The notes: generated by a model not told the origin, from the letters alone. 64,000 bases of DNA from Candidatus Omnitrophota bacterium (GCA_016208765.1 JACQXK010000009.1:118255-182254); one strand, 5' to 3'; counted from the first letter of the stretch, positions 37,706 to 47,476 are shown. Numbers and translations are program-made.

Positions 37706-38940
37706 TGTCGGATTTTAAGAAAAGACGCATTGTAGTCACGGGCTTAGGCATAATTTCTTCAATTGGCATTGGTAAAGATGCTTTTTGGAAGAATGCCATT
37801 GCCGGTAAATCTGGGATTTCCGAGATTACTACTTTTGATACTTCTGGTTATCTCGTGCATAAAGGCGGTCAAATCAAAGATTTTAGTACTGAGGAATTTA
37901 TTGATAAAAGAAAACTTAAATATGTGGGTCGCGCGTCTCAATTAGCGGTTGCCGCCGCAAAGTTAGCCTTGGAAGATGCAAAATTAAGCCGTAGTTATTT
38001 ATCTAGACATAATGCTGGCGTGAATATGGGTACTACAATGGGTGAAACGCAATGGATTGAGGAAATAGACACAGTTTGGGCAACCTCCGGCAGTGAAAAA
38101 GTAAGAATTGAACCAATATATGAATATCCGCCTTATGCGCTTACTTCAAATGTTGCAATGGAGTTTAAATTGACTGGCCCTAATTTTATTTTTACTACTG
38201 CCTGTGCTGCGGGTAATTATGCCATTGGATATGCTTATGATCTACTTCAGGCAGGCAAAGCAGATTTGATGCTTGCCGGAGGCTCAGACGCGCTTTCAAG
38301 AATTGCATTCACTGGTTTTAGCCGGTTAGCTGCGGTTGCCCCTGAAAAATGCCAGCCATTCGACAAGAACAGAAAAGGAATGATGGTGGGTGAGGGTGCC
38401 GCCGTTCTTGTATTAGAAACTTTAGAGAATGCTCTCAAACGGAAAGCCTCTATTTACGCTGAGATTCTTGGGTATGGTTTAAGCTGTGATGATTATAGTA
38501 TGATGATTACCATTGAAGAAGGTATGCGTTTTGCTATGGGAGAAGCAATAAAAGAATCAGGCATTGATAAAAACGAAGTGGATTATATCAGCGCGCACGG
38601 CACAGGCACTCCACAGAATGATAAAGAAGAATGTGCGGCAGTAAGAAATGTTTTTGGAGAAAGAGCCAAAGAAATTCCACTTACTTCCTTAAAATCAATG
38701 TTAGGGCACACTATGGGCGCTGCTTCTGCGATCGAAGCATTAGCCTGTTGTTTAACGGTAAAAGATGATATAATTCCACCTACAATTAACTATGAAACAC
38801 CGGATCCTGAATGTAATCTGGATCACGTACCTAATACAGGTAGAAAACAAAAGATAAATATTGCTTTAAATAATGCCTATGCTTTTGGCAGTAATAATTC
38901 ATGTTTGGTAATTAAAAAATACGATGAGCGATCTCAGTAA
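37705..38940 (+). CDS. beta-ketoacyl-ACP synthase (FabF-like, catalytic)
   Basis: TTACAAG, SAHGTGT, LGHTMGA: intact Cys-His-His triad. Confidence 0.92.
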   Translation: MSDFKKRRIVVTGLGIISSIGIGKDAFWKNAIAGKSGISEITTFDTSGYLVHKGGQIKDFSTEEFIDKRKLKYVGRASQLAVAAAKLALEDAKLSRSYLSRHNAGVNMGTTMGETQWIEEIDTVWATSGSEKVRIEPIYEYPPYALTSNVAMEFKLTGPNFIFTTACAAGNYAIGYAYDLLQAGKADLMLAGGSDALSRIAFTGFSRLAAVAPEKCQPFDKNRKGMMVGEGAAVLVLETLENALKRKASIYAEILGYGLSCDDYSMMITIEEGMRFAMGEAIKESGIDKNEVDYISAHGTGTPQNDKEECAAVRNVFGERAKEIPLTSLKSMLGHTMGAASAIEALACCLTVKDDIIPPTINYETPDPECNLDHVPNTGRKQKINIALNNAYAFGSNNSCLVIKKYDERSQ

Positions 38941-40402
38941 AATTAAGGATAAGTATGACGTTATAATCATCGGCGCCGGCATCGGAGGCCTTGTTTGTGG
39001 TTGTTATTTGGCAAAAGCAGGGATGAAGGTATTAATTGTAGAGAGAAATAATAAAGTTGGGGGATATTGTGGATCATTTAAGAGGAATGGTTTTATTTTT
39101 GATACAGGTGTTCATGCTTTAGAAGGGTGCGGACCTAATGGTATCTTAAATAAGATCATCCAAGATTTGGGGATAAATTCTTTATTAAAAATAAAAAGAA
39201 TTGATCCTTCCGATGTAATTATTACTAGTTTTGGTAATTTTAATATTAGAAATGATATTAAAATTACGATAAATGAATGGACAGAAAGATTCCCGCGTTG
39301 TAAAGATGGAATCCAAAACATCTTTGGGCTTATTTTAAATAAGGATTTTGTTTTGAGATACCCCGAACTTAAGAAAATAACCTTCGATAAATTACTAAAA
39401 AGGCATGTTAAGGACAAGTTTATCACAACATTGTTATCTGTTTTGTTTGTCAATGTGGGTTTGCCAATAAATAGATTATCAGCGGTAAATGGCCTTATCT
39501 TCCTGAATCATTACTTGTCAGATGGAGGGTATTACCCGGAAGGGGGCATGCAAGGTTTTGTTAATGTTTTTCAAGAAAAATTCAAATCTTTCGGTGGGAC
39601 GGTATTATTAAATACTACAGTCAACAAGATATTCTCAGAAAATAAGTGTGTACGTGGAGTCGTAATAGCAAATAACAATATTTTTGAATCAAAATATGTT
39701 ATTTCTAATTGTGATGCTACACAGACATATTTAAATTTAATTGATAACCAAGAGACTCAAGTTAAATACAAAAAGCGTTTAGGAAACATGGTTACTTCTG
39801 CCTCTGTTTTTATGGTCTCTTTGGGTTTAAAAAAAGATATATATGATAGAAATTTTGATTGCGGTGCGTTGTGGTATTTGAGAAATGAAGATGAAAATGC
39901 TGGACTTGAAATGCTCTTTAAGAATAAAACAAATTACAATAGCAATTGTATTATGATAGCCTTCCCTTCATTCCACGATAATAAATTAGCCCCGGTTAAT
40001 AAATCGTCTATCTATTTGATGTGCAACGCTAATTTTAAAAACGCAGAGTATTGGAAAGAAAATGAAGAAAAAGTTGCGAATGAGCTAATTGGTATTGCGG
40101 AGAAGGTTGTCCCACTAATAAAGAATAATATTGAAGTTAAGCTTATCGCTACCCCACAGACTCTATATAAATATACTCTTAATAAAAACGGCGCTATGCA
40201 TGGATGGGCTTCCTTGGTATCACAAATTGATCCTACAATTATTCCTCGAGAAAGTGATATCAAGAATTTATTTTTCGTTGGTCATTGGATAACGCATCCT
40301 GGGCAAGGTGGAATTCCAATGGTGGCAAAATCAGCCTATAATTTGGTTAACATAATACTTAGCAAAAGTAAACAAAACGCATTTATGGAGAAATGCCGAT
40401 GA
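38924..40402 (+). CDS. FAD-dependent oxidoreductase, phytoene desaturase/CrtI-like
   Basis: IIGAGIGGL, ER...GG, FDTG, YPEGG, TP.T..Y, LFFVGHW..PGQGG. Confidence 0.85.
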   Translation: MSDLSKIKDKYDVIIIGAGIGGLVCGCYLAKAGMKVLIVERNNKVGGYCGSFKRNGFIFDTGVHALEGCGPNGILNKIIQDLGINSLLKIKRIDPSDVIITSFGNFNIRNDIKITINEWTERFPRCKDGIQNIFGLILNKDFVLRYPELKKITFDKLLKRHVKDKFITTLLSVLFVNVGLPINRLSAVNGLIFLNHYLSDGGYYPEGGMQGFVNVFQEKFKSFGGTVLLNTTVNKIFSENKCVRGVVIANNNIFESKYVISNCDATQTYLNLIDNQETQVKYKKRLGNMVTSASVFMVSLGLKKDIYDRNFDCGALWYLRNEDENAGLEMLFKNKTNYNSNCIMIAFPSFHDNKLAPVNKSSIYLMCNANFKNAEYWKENEEKVANELIGIAEKVVPLIKNNIEVKLIATPQTLYKYTLNKNGAMHGWASLVSQIDPTIIPRESDIKNLFFVGHWITHPGQGGIPMVAKSAYNLVNIILSKSKQNAFMEKCR

Positions 40403-42486
40403 ATATTTATTCTATTTCATTGTTGTTAGCATGTGTATTTAATTTATTTATAGGCTTGTTTGTATATTTTAAGAATCCCAAAGAGAAGGTAAACAGATTT
40501 TTTGGAATATACTACATTGTTCTTACTATGTGGGTTTTTGGATGTTTTATGGAAAGTAGTGTTGGGACTGCACAAGATGCGCTTTTTTGGGATAAGATTC
40601 TTTACACGGGTTGCATACTCGCTGCTCCTTTGTATCTTCATTTTTGTTATATTATTACGGGAAAAAGCAATAAATCAAAGTTGTTATATTTTTCTTATTT
40701 AACCGCAATTATTTGGTTAATTTTTAATTTTAGCTCTTCTTTAAGGCCGTTTTTTATTAACGATGTTGTTCATAAATATTGGTATAGATTTATTGCTGTG
40801 CCCGGATTTTTGTGGTATGTCTATGTGCTTTGGTTTAACTTATTAGTGACGATGATGTTTGTCGTATTGTTTAAATATTTCTTACATTCTTCAGGAATCA
40901 AAAGATTGCAGGCGAAATACTTGTTGTTTGCATTTTTGATCATGATCTCAGCAGGTTCTTTTTATTTCCTGCTTTTGTTAAATATTTCATCTCCCCCAGT
41001 CGATCCGTATCTTTTGATACTATTTGGAGTTATTATGTCCTACGCTATAGTCCGGCACCAGTTAATGGACATCGAAGTCATCATCAAGAAATCCCTCGTC
41101 TTCGCCGGGATGTTTGCTTTTATCTTTGGTATTTATATTGGAATTACGCTTATAATCTCTCAATTTGTAGCAGGTGGTAAAATTTTCTCTTTGATGATTA
41201 GTGCATTGATCATCACCGTAACTCTTCGTCCTCTTGAAAACTGGCTTGTTAATATCACCGACAAATTCCTCTTTCAGAAAAAATACGAATACAAGCAGAT
41301 CCTAAGGGCGTTTATCGATGAGGTAGTAACCGTCTTAAATCTTGATGAGATAGTTAATTCTACGCTAAAACTCTTGGACCAAACTTTACATCCATACACC
41401 GCAGGGGTATTCATTTTGAACAAGGTAGATGATAAATTCCAGCTTTACAATTCATCTGGGCTGGAAGATAAGGATATGGTTTTTACTTCTGAATCAAAGC
41501 TGTTAGCTTTCTTTAAGAAGACCCATGGTCCTTCGGTAATTAAGCAGATAGATGGTATAACCGGAGTAAATCCGGAGATAGCTGTAGAAATGACTAAATT
41601 GAAAGCAGTAATCGCCCTACCTTTTATGTTGCACAATGATTTGATTGGTTTTATTTCGTTGGGGAAAAAGAAGTCAGACGAAGAATACACTAAGGACGAC
41701 CTTGATGTGCTTCTGGATCTCGCCCGTACCGAGGCAATAGCTATAGGTAACGCCCAACTCCTTACTGAGGCCGCCCAATCCGAAAGGCGCGCGGCCATCG
41801 GCACCATGGCTGCAGGAATAAATCATGAGATTGGGAATCCGCTAAATATTATGTCAAATAAGATTCAGGTATTTAAGTTGGCTCGGCAAAAGGGGTTGTT
41901 TAAAGATAAGCCTAGCGAAGGAATCTTAGATGAGGCAGAGAAAGCATTGGATGAATGTCTGAAGCAGACAGAGAGGATTTCAATAATCACGAGAAAGTTG
42001 TCAAATTTTGCCAAACCAAGCAAAGAGTTTAAACCGGATTTGGTAAACATCCCTCAGGAAGTAGATGAAACTCTTTTTATTGTCGGTCATGAACTGGATC
42101 TGGAAAGAATCGCGGTTAAAAAGGAATTTAGCGCAGAGCCGCAGAGAATTTTGGCGGATAAGTATGATATTCAGCAGATTTTGTTCAATATAATAAGGAA
42201 TGCCGGACAGGCAATTGAGGGCCAGGGGAAGATTATTATCAGAGTGATGCCAACCAGAGATGGCAAAGTGCATATTGAAGTGGAAGATACAGGTAAAGGA
42301 ATCCCTGAGGATAAAATACACAAGGTATTTGAGCCGTTTTTTACCACCAAAGGCTCTAAGGGCGGTACAGGCCTGGGTTTATCTATTGTCAGGCAGCTTG
42401 TCCGGCGCAATAAAGGCGAAATTACTTTTCGCAGCCTTGCCGGTATCGGGACGACTTTTATTATAGCTTTTCCCAAAGCTGGTTAA
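40393..42486 (+). CDS. multi-TM (7TM-type N-terminus) GAF sensor histidine kinase
   Basis: many TMs; LGKKKSDEEYT (GAF), AGINHEIGNPL, NIIRNA, DTGKGI, FFTTK, GTGLGL. Confidence 0.93.
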   Translation: MPMNIYSISLLLACVFNLFIGLFVYFKNPKEKVNRFFGIYYIVLTMWVFGCFMESSVGTAQDALFWDKILYTGCILAAPLYLHFCYIITGKSNKSKLLYFSYLTAIIWLIFNFSSSLRPFFINDVVHKYWYRFIAVPGFLWYVYVLWFNLLVTMMFVVLFKYFLHSSGIKRLQAKYLLFAFLIMISAGSFYFLLLLNISSPPVDPYLLILFGVIMSYAIVRHQLMDIEVIIKKSLVFAGMFAFIFGIYIGITLIISQFVAGGKIFSLMISALIITVTLRPLENWLVNITDKFLFQKKYEYKQILRAFIDEVVTVLNLDEIVNSTLKLLDQTLHPYTAGVFILNKVDDKFQLYNSSGLEDKDMVFTSESKLLAFFKKTHGPSVIKQIDGITGVNPEIAVEMTKLKAVIALPFMLHNDLIGFISLGKKKSDEEYTKDDLDVLLDLARTEAIAIGNAQLLTEAAQSERRAAIGTMAAGINHEIGNPLNIMSNKIQVFKLARQKGLFKDKPSEGILDEAEKALDECLKQTERISIITRKLSNFAKPSKEFKPDLVNIPQEVDETLFIVGHELDLERIAVKKEFSAEPQRILADKYDIQQILFNIIRNAGQAIEGQGKIIIRVMPTRDGKVHIEVEDTGKGIPEDKIHKVFEPFFTTKGSKGGTGLGLSIVRQLVRRNKGEITFRSLAGIGTTFIIAFPKAG

Positions 42487-42493
42487 TTTTTAT

Positions 42494-43183
42494 ATGTTTG
42501 AAGAAATTCGTAATTTGTTTAAAGATAAAGATAGGGATGAAGAGGAAATCAAAATCTCTATGTGTCACGAAAAAGATGCAGATGGAAAAGAATGGGTGGT
42601 TGTGTCTGTTCAGGATAGCGGAGCTGGCTGGCACTGGGATGATATGCCCCGGGATGCCAGAGAAAGGTATCAAAATATAAGATCATCTACGGAGAAAATG
42701 AACGGAAAGTTTGAATATGCAAATATTAAAGGACAAGGTGCCGTAGTCAAAGTTAGGTTTCCAGCATCTTATGATGAAAATGAGAAATTAGAATCAACTG
42801 TTTCTTCCCAATTTTTTCAAGGGGGTGTAATTATGAAAAAAGTTTTGATTGTAGATGATGAGCTTGAATTCGTGAAAGATTTCTCTAAAGCATTGGTAAT
42901 GTTTGGCCATGAGCCCTTTCAGGCAGTTGATGGAGAGGGGGCGTTTGAGGTAATTGAAACTAAAAAGCCGGATATTGTGCTTTGTGATTACAAACTTCCT
43001 GATATGGAAGGGGATAGAATCTTAGAAATGACAAAGAAGAATCATCCCGAAATAAAATTTGTGATGCTAACTGCCTATTATGACGAGGTGGTTAAGGAGC
43101 GTTTTAAAAGATTAGGTGCGGATGAAGTAATCTTCAAGCCCATAGTCTTAACTGAAATCGAAGCTTTATTGGCTAAGCTCTAA
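42494..43183 (+). CDS. partial HATPase fragment fused to a receiver domain (possible internal start at MKKVLIVDD)
   Basis: VSVQDSGAG...G..V.VRFP, then KVLIVDDE...LCDYKLP...KP. Confidence 0.75.
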   Translation: MFEEIRNLFKDKDRDEEEIKISMCHEKDADGKEWVVVSVQDSGAGWHWDDMPRDARERYQNIRSSTEKMNGKFEYANIKGQGAVVKVRFPASYDENEKLESTVSSQFFQGGVIMKKVLIVDDELEFVKDFSKALVMFGHEPFQAVDGEGAFEVIETKKPDIVLCDYKLPDMEGDRILEMTKKNHPEIKFVMLTAYYDEVVKERFKRLGADEVIFKPIVLTEIEALLAKL

Positions 43184-43197
43184 CAGAAAGGTTCATC

Positions 43198-43449
43198 ATG
43201 TCAAAAATCAGGGATTTATTTCACAAGGTCGGCAATTGCCACAACAAAATCAGCGTTGCCGCAGGTCTAACCAAGGCTGAATTAAAGCGAAAGCATGAGG
43301 GCGGCACTATGCCAGAGGAAATAAAAAAAGTAGTTGGCAGGTTGTCAGAACTGGAGCAGCACGCAGTAGAAGCAAGCAAGGTCTTAAACCAATTGAAAGA
43401 TATTATTTATGGTGCTATAGACCCTGATACAGGCAAGGCCAAGAAGTAG
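43198..43449 (+). CDS. small helical protein, possible stand-alone His phosphoacceptor (DHp-like)
   Basis: LFHKVGN.HNKIS followed by a helical hairpin. Confidence 0.45.
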   Translation: MSKIRDLFHKVGNCHNKISVAAGLTKAELKRKHEGGTMPEEIKKVVGRLSELEQHAVEASKVLNQLKDIIYGAIDPDTGKAKK

Positions 43450-43452
43450 AAT

Positions 43453-44331
43453 ATGGAAAATCTTAAAAAGATTTTAATTGTTGATGACGAAAAATTTGTG
43501 ACTGATGCGTTGGAAGAATTTTTCCACAGCAAGGGTTACAGAATATTTAAAGCGCAGGATGGTCAGGCATGCTTAGATATTATTAAAAGCGAAAAGCTCG
43601 ATTTAGTGCTTTTAGACATAAAGCTTCCTAAGATTGACGGAATTGAAATTTTAAAATTACTGCGCAGGGATTATCCTGAGGTTAAAGTTATCATTATGAC
43701 TGCCTATGACTTTGAGTATAAAACCAAGGTTGATAATATCGGCTGCGATGCATTTTTTGTTAAGCCCCTCTTAATTGATGAATTAATGCAGGAAGTAGAA
43801 AATTTGCTGTCAGCGGGTGTTAAAATAAGTAAACAGCAGAGAGATATTATTCCGCAGCTAGCGGAAGAGGTAGAATTTAGCGTTTCAGAAGGGATGTTGC
43901 CCTGTGCCAAGCTTTTAATAGTAAGCCCGCGAGATTTGATTTCTAGTCTCCTGAAGGATTATTTCACGCAGCAACAAATCTGTGAAGGGATATACGTAGT
44001 AGCTGAAAGTGGACTAGAGCAGTTAGATTATATAAAGAAATTCCAGCCCGATATTATTCTTTTGGATGTGGCATTAGTAGGAGTGCTCGGAGAATTCGGA
44101 GATATTCTAATAAAAATGCCGCATCCACCGAAAGAAATTATCCTTTTTGGCGATCCGGCGGTAAAATGGGAGGAAGCAGAAATATTAATCAAGAGAGGCA
44201 CTAAATTTATTGAAATGCCCATGGATTTACACGATATGACATATCCGATTAGAGAGACTATCGAGCGCCTAAGCAATGCAGTAAAAGAAGTTTGCATAAA
44301 ATACCATTTATTTAGTAAGGAGGCAGGTTAA
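43453..44331 (+). CDS. response regulator with a receiver and a degenerate second receiver
   Basis: ILIVDDE...LLDIKLP...KP; second copy PDIILLD. Confidence 0.85.
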   Translation: MENLKKILIVDDEKFVTDALEEFFHSKGYRIFKAQDGQACLDIIKSEKLDLVLLDIKLPKIDGIEILKLLRRDYPEVKVIIMTAYDFEYKTKVDNIGCDAFFVKPLLIDELMQEVENLLSAGVKISKQQRDIIPQLAEEVEFSVSEGMLPCAKLLIVSPRDLISSLLKDYFTQQQICEGIYVVAESGLEQLDYIKKFQPDIILLDVALVGVLGEFGDILIKMPHPPKEIILFGDPAVKWEEAEILIKRGTKFIEMPMDLHDMTYPIRETIERLSNAVKEVCIKYHLFSKEAG

Positions 44332-44724
44332 ATGTTAAAGAGAAAGATGAAATTATTAGTCGTTGATGATGAAAAGGATATTTGCCATTTTGTAAAACTG
44401 CTTTTTAAAAAGGAAGGGTTTTTGGTGTATAGCGCCCTTTCCGGCACTCAGGCCTTAAATGCAGCAAGGAAAATTAAGCCTGATATAACCCTTTTAGACA
44501 TCTATCTTAAAAAGGGAATCACTGGCCTTGAGGTTCTTGAGCAAATAAGAAAATCTGTCCCCAATTGCCGTAATATCATGGTTACTTGGGATAAGGCTGA
44601 GGAAAAAATGCAGGAAGCAAAAAAGCTGGGAGCGGTTTCCTATCTTACCAAGCCCTTAACTGTAACACAGCTGCTTAAAGTAGTCACTCGCATAGCAAAA
44701 CAGGCAGAAAGAGAGGGCCGGTAA
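44332..44724 (+). CDS. single-domain response regulator
   Basis: LLVVDDE, LLDI, YLTKP. Confidence 0.9.
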   Translation: MLKRKMKLLVVDDEKDICHFVKLLFKKEGFLVYSALSGTQALNAARKIKPDITLLDIYLKKGITGLEVLEQIRKSVPNCRNIMVTWDKAEEKMQEAKKLGAVSYLTKPLTVTQLLKVVTRIAKQAEREGR

Positions 44725-44988
44725 ATGGCCAATCCTATGTCTGATGAGCAGAGAATATACGAAAAAATAGAAAAAGAGAAATTAATCATCCCTTCAGTTA
44801 TTTGGGAACTACTCGACCACCATTTAGGAAATGATGTTTATACCATTTCCTTGATTGCCGGTAGCCACGTTACCGGCCAAGAAAAAGAGCCTATCCCCAT
44901 TGAAGACGGCGAAAAGATTGTTAAACACTGCGTAGAGATTAAGAAGTTTTTACAGAAATTAAACGAAGCAACCCGGGTGAAAAGCTGA
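44725..44988 (+). CDS. small protein, possible stand-alone DHp-like phosphoacceptor
   Basis: LLDHHLGNDVYTISL resembles an H-box. Confidence 0.45.
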   Translation: MANPMSDEQRIYEKIEKEKLIIPSVIWELLDHHLGNDVYTISLIAGSHVTGQEKEPIPIEDGEKIVKHCVEIKKFLQKLNEATRVKS

Positions 44989-44989
44989 G

Positions 44990-45268
44990 ATGTTCTGGGG
45001 AAAAGAAGAAAAAATCCCTTCACGGTTAAAACAACAGTTGTTATCCAGAATCAGGCCAATATTGGCAAAACATCTTAAGGTTGGTGAAGAGAAGATTATC
45101 CCTGAGGCAAAACTCGTAGAAGAATTAGGCATAGATTCTCTGGAGGCTGTCGAAATTATTATGGAGTTAGAAGAGGCGTTTGATATTGAGATTATGGATG
45201 CGGACGCAGAAAAAATGAAAATCGTTGATGAGGTGCTGGAATATTTAGCCAAGAGGATAAAACAATGA
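44990..45268 (+). CDS. acyl carrier protein located among response regulators
   Basis: ELGIDSLEAVEIIMELEEAFDIEI. Confidence 0.9.
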   Translation: MFWGKEEKIPSRLKQQLLSRIRPILAKHLKVGEEKIIPEAKLVEELGIDSLEAVEIIMELEEAFDIEIMDADAEKMKIVDEVLEYLAKRIKQ

Positions 45269-45645
45269 TTAAGCTTTTATTGGTAGATGATGAAAAAGGA
45301 CTATGTGAGTATTTAAGGGATTTTTTTAAATTGCGCAGTTTCACTGTGTTTACTGCCACAAACGGCCAGGATGCGCTTTCTCTTGTAAAGAAGGAAAAGC
45401 CCAAGGTTGTATTCTTAGATATTAAAATGTCAGGCATGTCCGGTTTGGAAGTATTAAAAGAAATAAAGAAAATAGATAGTGCAACGAAAGTGATTATGGT
45501 TACTGTTCTGGACGATGAAAAGACCAAGGATGAAGCAAAAAAATTAGGCGCGGACAGCTTTATTACTAAACCTTTTATTACTGACCGCCTAGAAGAAATT
45601 GTCGGGGAAAAAATTAAAGAGTTATTAGAAGAGAAAGGGCAATAA
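45265..45645 (+). CDS. single-domain response regulator
   Basis: LLLVDDE, FLDIKM, FITKP. Confidence 0.9.
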   Translation: MIKLLLVDDEKGLCEYLRDFFKLRSFTVFTATNGQDALSLVKKEKPKVVFLDIKMSGMSGLEVLKEIKKIDSATKVIMVTVLDDEKTKDEAKKLGADSFITKPFITDRLEEIVGEKIKELLEEKGQ

Positions 45646-45646
45646 A

Positions 45647-46036
45647 ATGCTTAAACCCAAAATATTAGTGGTGGATGATGAATTAGATGTTCTGGATAGA
45701 TTAGCTAATATCGTTTCGAGGCATTTTCTTTGTGAAGTCAAGAAGGCTTCCAGCGGCGAAGATGCCTTAATCCTGCTTAAGAAGGAGAGTTTTGACCTTG
45801 TGCTTTTAGATATTAAGATGCCCGGTTTAAGTGGTATCGACGTGATAAATGAAGCAATAAAATTTACTCCTCAAACAAAATTCCTGGCTATTTCCGGTTA
45901 TGACAGTGATGAAGTTGCTTCTGCCGCGCTTAAGGCCGGAGCAGTTGATTTTATCCCTAAACCTCAAACTTCAAAAGCAATCCAGCTTAAAATCAAAGAG
46001 ATATTAAGCCAGTTAGGTAAATACGAAGCCAAGTGA
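45647..46036 (+). CDS. single-domain response regulator
   Basis: ILVVDDE, LLDIKMPG, FIPKP. Confidence 0.9.
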   Translation: MLKPKILVVDDELDVLDRLANIVSRHFLCEVKKASSGEDALILLKKESFDLVLLDIKMPGLSGIDVINEAIKFTPQTKFLAISGYDSDEVASAALKAGAVDFIPKPQTSKAIQLKIKEILSQLGKYEAK

Positions 46037-46038
46037 AC

Positions 46039-46623
46039 CTAAATATGTTTTGGATTTTGAATAATGATGCAGGAAGCTTTTCGCAAGGTATTATTTTCAA
46101 ACAAATGCGGGATATTGCTTTCAAAACAAAGTACGTCGTCTTTCTTCAGTTCAAATCTCTCTTGCCCTACCACGCAGGTAATTTTTCCTTTTAATCCGTA
46201 AACCCACTTTTCATATCTTGCTAGCTCAATCGGATCCTGTTCGAGTTTTGTTTTTCCTCCGGGTTCAAGTATAAGCCTGACACCCAGGAAAGACTGTTGT
46301 TCCTTGGTTAAAATCTGCGCGTAGGCGTTTTTAGAATAAACATACTGCGCAACACCCTGATCGTACTTCTTAATGAAATTAGCCAGAGAAAGTTTCTTCT
46401 CTTCTTCCGTATCTTCTTTGAGTTCTTTTAAGGAAACACCCAAGCCAATACAAATCTGCGAAAGAGAAGAGACCCTTGCATCGCGCAGACCTTTCTCAAT
46501 GCGATAAAGGGAATTATAACGCAGGGCCTTATTACCGTAAATCTCTATTAACCTCTGCTCCAAATCAGTCAAAGATAGCCCTTTTTCTTTGCGTATTTGC
46601 CTGATTTTGTCGTGAAGTTTCAT
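46039..46623 (-). CDS. XRE HTH-cupin transcriptional regulator
   Basis: KIRQIRKEKGLSL...RIEKG; C-terminal cupin (E..YGLKG...F.S.IPH.FEN). Confidence 0.88.
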   Translation of the reverse strand: MKLHDKIRQIRKEKGLSLTDLEQRLIEIYGNKALRYNSLYRIEKGLRDARVSSLSQICIGLGVSLKELKEDTEEEKKLSLANFIKKYDQGVAQYVYSKNAYAQILTKEQQSFLGVRLILEPGGKTKLEQDPIELARYEKWVYGLKGKITCVVGQERFELKKDDVLCFESNIPHLFENNTLRKASCIIIQNPKHI

Positions 46624-46640
46624 CTCTTGCCTCCAATAAA

Positions 46641-46855
46641 ATTGTAACTTAAATAATCGGGTTTGTCAAGGAGTATTTTCTACCAATTATTTTTTATTAA
46701 TCTAAAAATTGGCTATAAAATAGCTATTTTTATACATTTTTACTTATCATAACTTCTTGTATATCAATTAATTATGAAATAGAAAGCAAAGATAAGCCCC
46801 GTCCTACCAAAGTTTTTAAAATACACTTGACATTGGTAGAAAGATATGCTATACT
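46641..46855. promoter_or_regulatory. divergent sigma70 promoters with CTACCAA/TTGGTAG boxes
   Basis: minus strand TTGACA(46669-64)-17-TACAAT; plus strand TTGACA(46827-32)-17-TATACT; boxes at 46680, 46804 and 46833. Confidence 0.7.
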
Positions 46856-46874
46856 TCAACTGGAGGAAAAAAAG

Positions 46875-47039
46875 ATGGAACATTTAAAAGACTGGTTTAT
46901 GGTGTTAACAAGCAAGATGCACTTTCCGTTAATCGCCGGTTTAATGTTGTGTTTTAAAAAAGAGGAAAAAAGCACCTTTCTTGATTTAGGCGATTTAGGG
47001 GATAATGTGCCGCACGTTTTTTTTAAAAACCTGCATTAA
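46875..47039 (+). CDS. small hypothetical protein
   Basis: GGAGG RBS just downstream of the promoter. Confidence 0.45.
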   Translation: MEHLKDWFMVLTSKMHFPLIAGLMLCFKKEEKSTFLDLGDLGDNVPHVFFKNLH

Positions 47040-47059
47040 GGCGCAGGGAGGGTGAGGCA

Positions 47060-47242
47060 ATGGCTAAGGTCCGGTGTAAAGATTGCGGTAAAACTGGGTA
47101 TACAGCATCACCGAAATACATCATCTGCTCCTGCGGAGGAAGGTTCAGGATAATCCCGGGAGCTTGCCGTATGCAGCGAGCTGAGCCGGATATTGTAAAT
47201 ACAGTATTAATGAGCTTCCAAATTTTATCGCACTATGCATGA
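47060..47242 (+). CDS. small zinc-ribbon-like protein
   Basis: CKDC...CSCGG; GGAGG RBS. Confidence 0.55.
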   Translation: MAKVRCKDCGKTGYTASPKYIICSCGGRFRIIPGACRMQRAEPDIVNTVLMSFQILSHYA

Positions 47243-47441
47243 ATTAAAAACAATAACTAATAAAACTAATTTAACCGGTCAGGATCTGGATGCCTTAATT
47301 ATCAAGGTAAAACAAAATTACCGGCCGTACTTATGCAGAGAAAATGCGCCCGAGCATTGCGGCCTTTGTGTTTTATTTCCCGTATGTAAAGTTGTAAATC
47401 ACAATCTAATTTGCCCTTGGCTTACTTATGGAGGTAAGTAA
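47235..47441 (+). CDS. small Cys-rich protein
   Basis: C...HCGLC...C...C; overlaps the previous stop. Confidence 0.45.
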   Translation: MHELKTITNKTNLTGQDLDALIIKVKQNYRPYLCRENAPEHCGLCVLFPVCKVVNHNLICPWLTYGGK

Positions 47442-47476
47442 GCTTTTTATTTAGGGTTAGATTTTCGGCAGCCACG

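Noticed and set aside
35082-40402. housekeeping fatty-acid synthesis, carotenoid or alkane pathway
   Set aside because: No fabD/G/H/Z, crtB/E or aldehyde deformylase; one KS is catalytically dead.
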